Shown: positions 25,826-37,541 of the stretch, piece by piece | How positions within the stretch are numbered: the first letter of the stretch is position 1 | How the letters are laid out: every line of letters begins with the position of its first letter | NCBI GenBank assembly: GCA_011109175.1 | Contig: RDEW01000028.1 | Location: forward strand, 463,000 to 526,999 | DNA: 64,000 bases | Direction: 5' to 3' | Source: Dicyema japonicum | Taxonomy: Eukaryota; Animalia; Dicyemida | Translations under genes and position numbers: made by a program | Notes under the pieces: model-generated | The model's input: the letters and a program-made list of their open reading frames with translations, nothing else | What the model was told of the DNA's origin: nothing | Database searches by the model: none

Positions 25826-27660
25826 AATAGATTTTTCTATTTTTTCCAATAAATATAAGATCAACGCCTTTAAAATATCCTTAATTTTTAAATAACAATT
25901 GTTAAGATTTGAACTCAAGTTACATAATTTTTTTATATAAAACTTTCAATTCTTATTCAGTAACATGATTCACATATATCTATATCGATTTCGTAGATTA
26001 AATTATTTTTTTTTCAATTGTATGATAAATGCATGTAAAAAACTCAAATAGCTTCTGTCAAGTTTTTTGGAATATATTTCTACACTTTTTGGGAAGCGTA
26101 GGAGGAAGTAAGATGATATCCAATGCCTAAAAAACTAGTTTTGTAAACTTTACTGTTCAACTTATTTAAGAAAATCATATTCGAGTAAGCACTAGCGACC
26201 TTATTGATCCTAGAGTCGGTAGATGGAATGATAAAATCAGATATTTTTAGTTTAGTATCTGTGAAATAGTAATAAAAACGATAAACCTGTTAGTTTGAAA
26301 TGTTCTTGAGGACAAGTTCAATAAAAAACTGTTGATAAAAAATTCTCCAGGATATTTTCTAATAACAGTTTTAACCTTTTCAATGAATTTACTGATTGAA
26401 CACAGAATAACAGTTAGTATTTTATTCAAAAACTCGAAAAATTAAAAAATCAAAAAAATTGACTTATTGACCTAAAAAATTAAATTTTTTACAGCGTTCT
26501 CACTAGGCCATATTTTTTATAACTCCGCATAGGCAGGACTTTATTCAAGTAAAGAACAGTTAATTTGTGAAAGTTGATTAAATAAATATGGAAAAGTCTA
26601 TCTGCATACCAAAAGTTTTAGTAGAAAGCAAGTTAAGATTTTTTCTTGATTAAAAATAATTATTCGGTTAAAACTGTCTTCACAATCATATGAAGAAAAT
26701 ATTATTGGTTAATTTTTAGATTGTCATTTCAACGATATGAACCACGTGGGTAGATCTATAAGTTAAAATGGTCGAAAAATTAGTAGTTAATAATCACTGA
26801 TTACGAAACCCTTTCTCGAAGCAGAAATTCTTCTTACAAAATTAAGCACCCTCTCTTATTACGTCTATTTAAAGAGCAAACTTTTCAACTACCATCCGAC
26901 GAAACATATAGACAAATTTATCAGTTAAAAAAAACATATTTAAATATTAATGATAATTTTTAAATAAAAAACAGTTAACAGATAGCTAAACATCAGCCAA
27001 TGGTGCACCTTCAAAGGGAGCTAAAAAAGACAAGAGAGCCATCAAGCTTGCGTTAAAGACAGAGATAATAATACCAATTTTATGAACATAGTGATCTTAG
27101 AGACTTGTATATAAAACTTCAGGATCTGTAAATAGGCTGAGATTGATACTGGAGAAAAATTTAATCCATATGGTAACTAACTCATCTCCTTATAATTTCA
27201 TTTCATTATCATAAGGATTATTGACTAAAACTAAAGATCAAACTAAAAGAATATTTATGATAATTTTAATTTTCGATTTTATACTAAAAACATCATTCCG
27301 TATAATTTAGTGAATGAATACCCCAGATGACCCCCCGTTAATTCAATTAGCCGCCCAGTGCGGTCATGTGTGGAAAAGAGAGATGAACACCGGCCAATAG
27401 GAAGACTTTGATGGAACATATCGAGATCACGTGATAGTTATTTCGGTTTTTACAATGGTCTTGGGATGTTAAAATAAAAAAAAAAACGTAGAAGGGCGAC
27501 CTAGAGAAGTAAGCCCAAGTTTGAAAAGGTCGAAGTTTGATTTTTACGATAATGTTCAAATACAATTTGGGGATCAGGCAATCTTTAAAAAAATTGAAAA
27601 ATAGCAAAACAAATTCACTGGAAAAATTTTGTATGTCAAAAGGTCTCATCTCTAAATGAT

Positions 27661-28546
27661 GGTTCTAGGTAAATTCATCGCCGGTAATTTCATCGCCGGT
27701 AAATTCATCGCTGGTTAATTCATCGCTGGTTAATTCAAGCGACCACGTGGGTTATTGAAAGAAAAGGTCGAAATTTGATTTTTATATTATCATTAAAATG
27801 TGATTTTGGAGATTAATTTGACGATATGAGTCACGTGCCCAGATCCCCAAGATAGAAGAAATTTGAAAACCTCAATTCTCCAAATAGTGTTAAATTTTAA
27901 TCAACGATGTGCACCACACGTGTGTATTAGTTAAAGTGATAGAAAAATTATTGATTATCTTACTGATTATTGATTAATAATAAAGGTCAAACTTTAAATA
28001 AATATTTATGATAATATAATTTTTAGAAAACAAGTTTATGACAATTATTAACAAAAACATTGTGTTAATTTCTAAAATGCTAAACTATAGGCAATGCCAT
28101 TTAAATAGTCAAGTATTTCGCGATTATCGAAGTCAGTTACAATGCGTTGAATTCTTAAAGCATTATCTCTGTATTTTTTCTTTTGTGTAGGACCTTCCCT
28201 ACCAGCAATATACTGTTCAATTTTAATTTCATTTCTTGCTTGTTCTTTCTTCAAAACATCAATAAACTTCCAAATCGTAGGATGACACGCTCCAATTAAA
28301 GAATTCAACGTCAACTTCTGAAAAGAGGTGAAAAAATAGGTCCTCTCTTCAATTTTCATAGGTCCTACCGTCACGGATACGTGACTCCTATCGCCGAATA
28401 ATCTCCAAAATCGCAATTTAACTATAATATAAAAAATCAAAATTTCGACCTCTTCTATCTAGAAATCAGCCCACGTGGTTCCTTGATTTAACTGGGATGA
28501 ATTTACCTCGCGATGAATTTACCGGCGATGAAATTACCAGGAGACG
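27661..28546 (-). mobile_element. non-autonomous Mutator-like element with ~120-bp TIRs built from 15-bp tandem units
   Basis: ggtaaattcatcgcc units at the left end, inverted at 28490-28538, with flanking homology extending inward. Internal ORF 28072-28440 HPTIWKFIDVLKKEQ..KKKYRD..LDYLNGIAY resembles a MULE transposase C-terminus. No clear TSD. Confidence 0.8.
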
Positions 28547-28639
28547 CTGGATGGTCGCTCTTAATAAAAAATACCAAGTCCGCACAATTCCATCACGAAA
28601 AAAGAACTAGAAAGTGTCAATGAAAGTCAAAAGGCTTCA

Positions 28640-28800
28640 ATATTGCTCAGGCATCGAACACTCAATGGAAGTTACCCCATGATCGCGAGTCCAATGTTTT
28701 GGAAGAGCCATCGTGTCGTTATAGGCTCTCCCTTTCACAATTCTGCAAGCCATCCGATTAACTTGATTCCAAGACAATTTCCTTCAACATTTTTAACCAC
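28640..28800 (-). mobile_element. CRE-like 3' fragment (same subfamily at 58370-58460)
   Basis: Minus strand reads WLFQNIGLAIM here and FQNIGFAIMRGNSH at the second site. Confidence 0.65.
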
Positions 28801-28857
28801 AAAAACACAATTTTTTAAAACCACAGAATAATAAATATGAACATTATATTCAACAAA

Positions 28858-29504
28858 TCAAGAGTGAACATATCTGACAAGACAAGAAAGAACATGACAG
28901 CTAGCAGACAAAGATCCAAATTTAATTATCCTATTAAACGAAGAGACATCTCTGTCAGCCTGAATAAACCCCAATTCCGTAGTAGGCAATACTGTGTCCC
29001 TTTTAACATGCCAAATAACGTCAAATGTGTCTAAATTAACTACAACGATTACATTCAGAGTTTATCTCTGGAAGACAAGCTATTACAGATATTAAACGTC
29101 GTATGGAACTAATAGCATCATCATTAAAGTCGTCTTTCAATGTGCCAACAGAGTGACTCCGGTTTGACACGTTAAATGTCCATGACTCAATTATATTGTA
29201 TTGGTTTTGTGGATCCTTGATAACCAATGTAAACCCAATAAGGATATTTTCATTAAGCATGTCTACTCTGATTATTTCCCCACATACATTCAATAATATC
29301 TCTGACTGCTTTTAAATAAGTGAAGAGCTCAATGTCGACAGGAAAATGCAGTGAATACCCATAAGACTCTCCACTCTCAAAGTACTCAGGTCCGTAAATC
29401 CCTCGTTCGAAAATAATTGTATTGACGCATGTTGCTTACGTAAATAACAGCAATCAACCTATGAACAGAGACAGATCACCACATGATTCCTCAAATAAGG
29501 ACAT
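28858..29504 (-). CDS. divergent MAD2-like HORMA-domain protein, 4 exons
   Basis: Three GT-AG introns (24, 25, 22 nt) give MSLFEESCGDLSLFIATCVNTIIFERGIYGPEYF..ELFTYLK..IESWTFNV..AISSIRRLISVIACLP..FDVIW..VRYVHS*, collinear with MAD2 (NSILYQRGIYP, ERWQF, IRQITATVTFLP). Confidence 0.8.
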
Positions 29505-29534
29505 TAAATAATTAAATTATTTAAAAATAATAAA

Positions 29535-30254
29535 TTATGTTTTGCATTTATTCATTCGCATATCCACAAGTTTGGCGGTTGCAGCAGCACCTTATGTTAG
29601 TGAGTTAAAAAACTTGCTACGAATGTTATCAATCCTGAAGAAGTCCCAGCAATGAGTCCGAATTTTACACCCAAAAGACACCCGACCGGACCACCAATTA
29701 TAGCTCCGATCGTCCCTCCAGCAAATGAAGAGACCAGAGATATCTTGTTCAGTTTATTCTTAGCATTACATAGGAATGATACAGTGTTTATGGAAGGTAC
29801 ATTTGTTAGTGTTTCTTCGATATTGTTAATGGTGCTACTGGATGACTTGGATGTTTTATTTAATCCATTAAGCATATCCCTCAACATTCTTGTAGATTTT
29901 TCAAGCTTCTCAAACCCGTCATCATCCTTCAAAGGAAGCTGACAAAGGTTGAGACAATCGACTGCTGCTATTTTAAGAGGATTAACAATCTCATCAAATG
30001 TAACAATTTCCTCATCAGAAGTCAGCCTATCTCTACACTTTTCAATCTCAAATATAGAATCTCTGAGATGAGCAAGTCGCTGGTTAAAACCGTTAAGTTC
30101 TGCATAATATTCTTCAGTATCCTCCCCTCTCTCCATCTAAAACATAAACAAAACTCTAAGCTGATTTTATTCTGTGAATATGCTTATTAATACGCCTCAT
30201 ATCATTACTGACTGATAATGTGAATCTCTCTAGTGGAAGTTTCACATAGTCCAT
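29535..30254 (-). CDS. STX17: syntaxin-17-like, 3 exons
   Basis: N-terminal helices align with STX17 and the Gly-zipper TM hairpin AGGTIGAIIGGPVGCLLGVK is present. GC-AG intron at 30137-30161; a likely 23-nt last intron adds the basic tail ..KLVDMRMNKCKT*. Confidence 0.8.
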
Positions 30255-30313
30255 TAGCTATTATTAAATCAAAATTTTTAATATAAAGATAAAAACAATT
30301 TATTATTAAAATG

Positions 30314-31964
30314 TCATTTTTTGTGTTTATTTTTTTCTAAAATAAACAAAAAATGCAATACTTTTAGCAGTAACGCACATTTCATAAAGGAGAGATGTGT
30401 CATTACTAACTTCTGGGGAATTGCCGACAGCCTGAGAATTAGAGTAAAGGAAACTTGTGCATAAGTCATTTTGTTTTGGGGCAGTTTTGGACGGTCCACT
30501 GATTGAGATAAAATAGGGAAGAGTGAAGTATCACTCAAATCATGAACGTCCAATTCAGGAGAAGGTATAAAAAACTCTTGCCTTCTCTCAGCCTTCAGTT
30601 TTGACATTTCCATTTCTTTTTCCTCCCTCATCTCCTTATTACGTCGACATTGTGCCCTCTTTTCCATCTCGACTAAAAACTCACCCCCACACACAAACCC
30701 TTATTATTCATAGTAGAGCGAACGCTTAGGACAGAACTTAGATCAATCTCAACAAAAGAAAACTTGGAAGACAGCGGCAAATGAGACAAAAACTTCCACA
30801 TTGACCTGTTCTCCTGGAATAATAGAAACGTCAACATCGGTAATGATGAATGTTTCAATAGCTATAATGGTCCCTCTCAGAATGTGAGGACAATTCTCCA
30901 AAGATGAGTGATCATTCAATAAGCATTTAATATTGAACGAATGAAGGAATATGTTTTGTCCATCACAAGCTTAGAATAAGCCAACAACCACATTGATAGA
31001 AGAATACGTAATCGTCGTCACAATCCTTTCGTAAATCAAATGAAAACACGTCACATAACAGTTTCTAAATAAAACATATAAATACATTGTTGTTTATGTC
31101 TGATTCCAGTAAGGAGATCCCCTCAGCTATTAGCAGAGACTGCTCATCGCTGTAGTTAGGGATTTCTTCCTCCAATTGTGCCATGAATGGTTTGAATATT
31201 AGCTTGTTTGCAATGGAGTGACTGTTGACTGTGATTATTCGTGAGTGGGGTGAATTGTCTATCTTATGACCAGTAATACCTTCTTCCAAGATTGGGAGGC
31301 ATTCTGTCCCCACAGTGAGACTGGCAGGTCTGCATAGTACACATGCACGCAGTCTCTTCATAAGTCTCATCTCAATGACGTCCCCAACATTGTATTTGTG
31401 AAGTAGAATATACTTAATTCTGGAATGTTTATCATACTCACATTTTGGAGTCATTTCTTTTAATATATTCGTTACAAACAGGACAGGATCCATATTCTCC
31501 GTCGAAATATGAGTACATCTCCCTCAGACAGACCATACAATAGACATGCCCACACCTCACAATTTGTGCTAGTTGAGGCTTGCACAGACAGATTGGGCAC
31601 AAATCAACTGAGTGAACATATTTCATCTGCAATTATGATATAATATCACTATTTGCACGACATGTGCCCAGTTGACTGGTTTATCGACGTCCTTAACGTT
31701 TGAGGATATATCTGAGCCTCCAAAAACTACAAATTGAGCCCTTTGATTATTCATTAGTAAACCTCGCTAGAAGGTGATGTTCATTCTTAATGGGTCGACT
31801 TCTTCTGGGGAATGTTTGTCCACTAATATTAGCACGTTGGTAGGTACTTTTTAGGATTTCTTAAATTGGTGAGGTCAAGTTCGACAGCTGATCCTCTTTG
31901 ACGATTCGAAACTAAAAAGTCAATAAATGGTCCTACGTCTTCTTTTGTTGTTCATATCTCCCAT
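30314..31964 (-). CDS. RNF10: RING finger E3 ligase RNF10, ~12 exons
   Basis: AQFVV..DVDKPVNW, CPICLCKPQLAQIVRCGHVYCMVC..CPVC, YNVGDVIEMRLMKR, FFYQSCDGQNIFLHSFNIKCL, KFLSHLPLSSKFSFVEIDL; 11 GT-AG introns of 21-26 nt. Confidence 0.9.
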
Positions 31965-32869
31965 TATAATAGACGTATATTAATAAATGGAGGGTCAATC
32001 CCGCCAGAACTAAAAAAATAACACAAAGTCATACATTACTTAGTAAATATTATGATTATTTGAATTTTAATAATTAGGTTGACCATTAATTTATTTATTA
32101 TATTTAGATTTTTATTTAATTATATCTAATTTAAAAAGTTAGTTAAGGTTGTCAAATTCTTCTATTGTACATACAGTAAAAAATCTCCGAAATTTGCTAA
32201 TTTTGGTTTTTCCAATTTGTGGCCAATTTTGGAAATGACATTTTTGTTAATCAAAATCAAGAAAATTACAAAAAATTTAAATTACTAAGTTGTTCTCTCT
32301 CAAAAAGCATTAAAACTTATTTAGTTTTTTTTATTTTTATTTTCCTTTACGATCCTTTGTTTATAGCTTTTTATTGATCTTCATTACGTTGTCTTGACAA
32401 ATAATTAAAAAAAAGTTTTTTTAATTATGTACAATAGGAATTGTTGCATGGTAATTGGATCATTAATTACATTATTCTAAAACAAGTATTGTTTCGTTAA
32501 AAATCACTTTCTATGCATTCATCCTTCAATCTTGTAAAATTTTAAAGCAATTTTTATTGTTTCCTGGAATACATGTCTCTTGTAAACAGCAGAAAGAGAA
32601 GTCGCTATTTTGTTAGATCGCATACCAGTTGGTGTTTCTTGTAAGGTTGTTTAAGTCCTCTGCAATTAAAAGATCCCAGAGTGAACGGAGAAGTCGGTAA
32701 GGAATACGAATAAGACATAGTGCAATAGAAACGTCGTCACCACCTCAACCAATATATAAAAAACACCAACTGCACGATGATTGAATTAAAACGTGGCGTC
32801 ATATGGTCTACCGGTTATGAAAGTTCTGGAGGCGCTCAGGGTGCACTTAATGCATGGGAGGTAGTTAAT

Positions 32870-34920
32870 GGAAAAAGACCATTTTTCAACTATAAAAAAG
32901 CAAACTGGAATGACTATTCAAAATACATCGATCAAGCTCTAGTAAACTTTGAGATGATGATATTCCCCTCAATGATAACGTTATCGACTTTCTAAACAAA
33001 ACTATTATCATGGCGCGGAGAACATTCATTCCGCGTGGATCATTTAAATTCTACGATGAAAAACTTGATCAGAACACCAGATCATTAATTAAAGAAAGGA
33101 ATCGCCTGAAAAGACATGTACCTCCTTTCCCGGACAGAAAAATCAAACAAAAATTATCAATGACGAAATATCTAAAAGGATTAGAAAAACTGAAGCCAAC
33201 AGATGAGACAAACTAATATCTTCCCTCCCATTTCAGAAATCTGCTCAGAAGATATGGAGAGAAATTAAACAACTTGGTCCAAAAGGAAATTTTAAAAGAC
33301 AACAGACGGATCAGCCCAGTCTTAACAAGCTCATGAAATATTACGCCAATATAAGCCACAAACCTTCAGGAAAATGGATGGGCCTTCTTTATCCTCAATA
33401 AGACCGAAGAGAACACAGCCGATTAACTTTATCTCTCATTCAGATGTCAGTGAGGGTTTGAAGAGGATGAATTCTTCCCTCTCATGTGGGCCAGATTCTA
33501 TCCCTGGAATTTTACTAAAACACCTTGGACCTATTGCGATTGATGCAATCACAGTGATTTTCAACTATTCAATAAACATGAATAAAATTCCAACTATCTG
33601 GAAACTGTCCTATATACGCCCAATCCTTAAGCCTGGGACGCCTAAAAACAATCCTGCATCAGTTCGACCAATCTCTTTACTATGTACCTTATCAAAGTTA
33701 TTGGAAAAATTGATTCTTAATCTTATAACCCTGTCTTCTTTTTTCGTCCTTACAACATAGATTCTGAAGGGGTCATTCAACTTCTACACCTAACTTCCCT
33801 CAACCAATTTATCATTGAAGGCTTTAACACAAATCCTCGTCACCTCAAAACAGTCGTCTGCACGATCGATTTACAAAAGGCCTTCGACTCTGTCTCAAAA
33901 AAAATCCTAACCCGGAAATTGTTTGTTCTAACCGTTAACTCCAATATAAAACATTGGCTTGCTAATTTCATAAATAGAAGAAGGGCCCGGGTATATATGG
34001 ATGGGACCAAATAAATTTCAAGATTACTACCCAATGGTGTCCCACAAGGTTCTTCTTTATCACCCGCCTTATTAAACTTATACATGTCCGATTTACCACA
34101 ACCCAATAATAAAGACGATTTCATCCTATCATATGCTGATGACTTATTAATCGGATCCCGTGATCAAGAAATCCCAAAGGCATCAGAATGACTACAAGAA
34201 TTTCACAAGATTCAAATTTGGCTAAATCATAACCGGCTTGATATATCTACTGAAAAATCTTCTTCGTCTTTATTTACCTCAGACAAACGACTTGGAAAAA
34301 TGACAATGGATATATTTATCAACCAGATAAAAATACCTTTCACAAAGAAACTGATAATCTTGGGGATCATTCGACACACACATGTTTTTTCATCTCAGTC
34401 GACGCTGTCTCTGGAAGCTGCTCAAGAAAGCTAGGGATAATCAAAACTATTTTCGGTGGCATTAAAACCTCTTTCCCAGCTTTGAAATTGTTGTACAAAC
34501 AATTCATTGAGCCTTCTGTCAGCTATGCTGTACGTCATGGGGAATCAATCTGTCCTGGACGAACAAACAAAGAATCCGGGACATTCAGGCCTTAACAGCC
34601 ACTATTAGAAATCTCGGGAAACAAGAAAAACTAATACCCTCATCACTTGAAGACCTTATCCGACAAAATGGAAAGGGATTTGCTACCCTGTGCAAGCAGT
34701 GCAACTCTCAACAATACACAGCCACGACGTGTCTTATGAGAAGGGTATACATCACCCCTCTCCAATTCTATTCCCGAAACCACCCCGCCCACAGAGAAGT
34801 TGTGTTGGATCCCAGAAGGCGCACGAGGAGAAAATGAGAATTCTGATTGAGGCCTTAGAGATCACTTAATTAATTTAGTAATTAAATTAACTATTGGTGT
34901 TCTTGGGTTAATAATAATAA
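32870..34920 (+). mobile_element. 5'-truncated APE-type (I/Jockey-group-like) LINE
   Basis: FNYKKANW, GPDSIPGILLK, RPISLLCTLSKLLEK, IDLQKAFDSV, GVPQGSSLSPALL, SYADDL; ends cttgggt(taa)n. Confidence 0.9.
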
Positions 34921-36764
34921 AATGGAAAGAAGACTATGTTGAATATGGCTTTACGAAGATAATCATTGATGGAATCAATAGACCCCAGTGTTTTGTGATG
35001 CAATTTTATCGAATTCAAAATTAAATCCATCGAAGCTGAATGGACATTTTAAATCTATCCACGGAGGTGTAAAACGTTCAGGAAATGATTTTGAATGTTT
35101 GAAGGCTAACAGGGCACGACAAGACACCAAGGAACTCTTCCGAAGCTTGGGTTTACTCCCATTAACAAACCGTTACTTTTGGCGTCATTCAAAATTGCAT
35201 ATGAAGTTGCGAAATCAAAGAAGCCACATACTATTGCGGAGACTCCTATTAAGCCGTGTGCATCGGAAATTGTAAAAACAGTTCTGGGTCCAGACGCCTC
35301 TCAAAAACTATAACAGATTCCTTTATCTAATAGTTGTATCCGGATCGAATTAATTGTATCAGCTATGATATTCTTAAACAAGTTGTATCGGACATAAAAA
35401 ATTCTTGCATCAAGATTTCAATCCAGTTGGATGAATCTACACATGTTGATAATTGCAGTCAACTAATTTGCTTCGTATAAGAAAATTTAATTGCCAAAGA
35501 GTTTCTTTTTTGTAAACCTCTCGAAACAGAAGCCTCTGCAAAAAATGTTTTTCAAATAATCGAGACTATTTTAATGAACACGATATTCCATTAGAAATTA
35601 TCGGGTCAATTTGCACGGACGGTGCTCCAGTTAGGCTGGGGAACAGGTCGGGGTTTGCAGCCCTTAAAAAACATGTTCCGGATGAAACACTCACTCACTG
35701 TATCATTCATCAAAATGCACTCGTATCTAAGTCTCTGCCTGTGAAGTTAAAAGATGTCTTGTGTTAAAATCGTAAATTACATTCGAGGAAGGGCTTTGAA
35801 TCATGGATTGTTCAAAACATTATGTACTGATTATGATGCTGACGCCACTGTTCTCTTGTATCATACTGATGTTAGATGGCTGTAAAAGAGGCCGTGTTTT
35901 AACAAGATTTTTTATTCTCAGACGTGAAATCGAACAATTTTTATTTGAAAAAAACTCTGAACTATTTGATTCTCCAAATTTTGTGATTTTTGTGGCATAT
36001 TTGGCTGACATATTCAATCATCTTAACGAGTTGAATCTTTCGATTCAAGGGAAAGAGATGAGCATCTTAAATGCTTCTGACAATCTACGTGCCTTCAGGA
36101 ATAAACTGTTGTTGTGGATTCGACGTATTCAAGACAATAATTTTGGAAATTTTCAAACGCTGGATGAAATTGCTATTGAATTCAACTCGACTTTAGATAA
36201 AAATATTTAAAAAAATCAGCACTCATCTTGAATGTTTAAAACTTTCATTTGATGGGTCGGAAATATTAAAGATTCTGATACCTGGATTGTTAACCCATTT
36301 GCTTTCAAAATAGAAAAGATGGAGGATAGAAAAGAGATTAAAGACAATTTGATTGAAATGCAATAATCTACATCACTGAAAATGTTGTACGACTCAAATT
36401 CTTTGAAGGTTTTTTAATGCGGTTTGCAATTTGGTTTTCCGACCCTTGCAAAAAAATCACTGAAGTTCTGGTTCCATTTGCAACAACTTGCTATGTGAAT
36501 CTGGATTTTCATCTCTACTATATATAAAAAAATAAGTACCGAAACGCTCTAATCCCCGAAAACGATCTCAGAATTGCATTAGCAAACAAAAAACCACGCT
36601 TCGAAGAATTAATTGAAACTAAAAGACAAGAAAAGTCTCAAGGAACCTGACTAATTTTTTGAATAAAATTCGAATTCTCTTAAATTTAAAATTGGGGGGG
36701 GGGGTGCGAGGTTGGTGTTTAAAATTTTTGGGGGTGCAAACTCAAAACGAATCGAGAAGCGCTG
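34921..36764 (+). mobile_element. degraded Buster/ZBED5-type hAT transposon, left end lost
   Basis: WKEDYVEYGFT, KPHTIAE, SIQLDEST, ICTDGAP, THCIIH, YLADIFNHLNELNLSIQG, CESGFS; right TIR gagaagcgctg followed by ctctaaac (nnnTAnnn target). Confidence 0.9.
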
Positions 36765-37541
36765 CTCTAAACTGTGGAAATATCTTACTTTCTATTCTAC
36801 CCCGTTTACAATTGCATGGAGAGTTACACTGAGAGGACTGGTAAAACGGATAGTGAAGAGCGTGGTTTAATTAACTAAACATGTCTTTGTTTATTGAAGT
36901 GCGGTTTAAATGACTTTATTATTCCAAGGCCCAATTGTTGAATTAGAGGAGTTGAATTTTTAGGGCAGAAATAAGATAATTATTAGAATTCATATTAAAG
37001 GAATGAGGAACTCGAATATTTTGGGTTGTATGACTTCTGCTGTGAATTTGATCCTGTTCTGTGTAACACGGGATTCAAACATCTGGCGAGACACAATATG
37101 TATAGCATTGGCTTGAGGAACAATAGCTGGATTAGAGATATTCTCCCTCAAAATATTACTCAATTGTGGATCCCTATATTCCACATACTTTCTCCACTAA
37201 CTCCTAAGGATGAGATTGCACCTGGGCGCTTTAAGGCCTCCGGTCTTCTACTGGTTAACATGGCGAGGATAAAAATAGCGAAATTCGATGTCACCTCAGC
37301 CATTTTTTTCGCACCGTCCGAAACTACTTGGAATTAGTTGGTCTTAACAATTTTCTTGCTGGATATTAAAACCAATTGTTAAGTATTGAACAGCTAATTT
37401 GCCCAAAAAGGTTGTAAAATTCAAAATGACTCATAAAATTATCAATTGAATAGTTAATTACTTGACTGAATGACTACAAATTAACGGTCAATAAATTAAA
37501 GCCGCCTTTAAAAGCAAAATTAGAAAAAATCGTAAATTTGA

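Noticed and set aside
27668-27740. 15-bp repeats as a CRISPR array
   Set aside because: Direct tandem units with no spacers, mirrored at 28490-28538 as a transposon TIR, in a eukaryotic context
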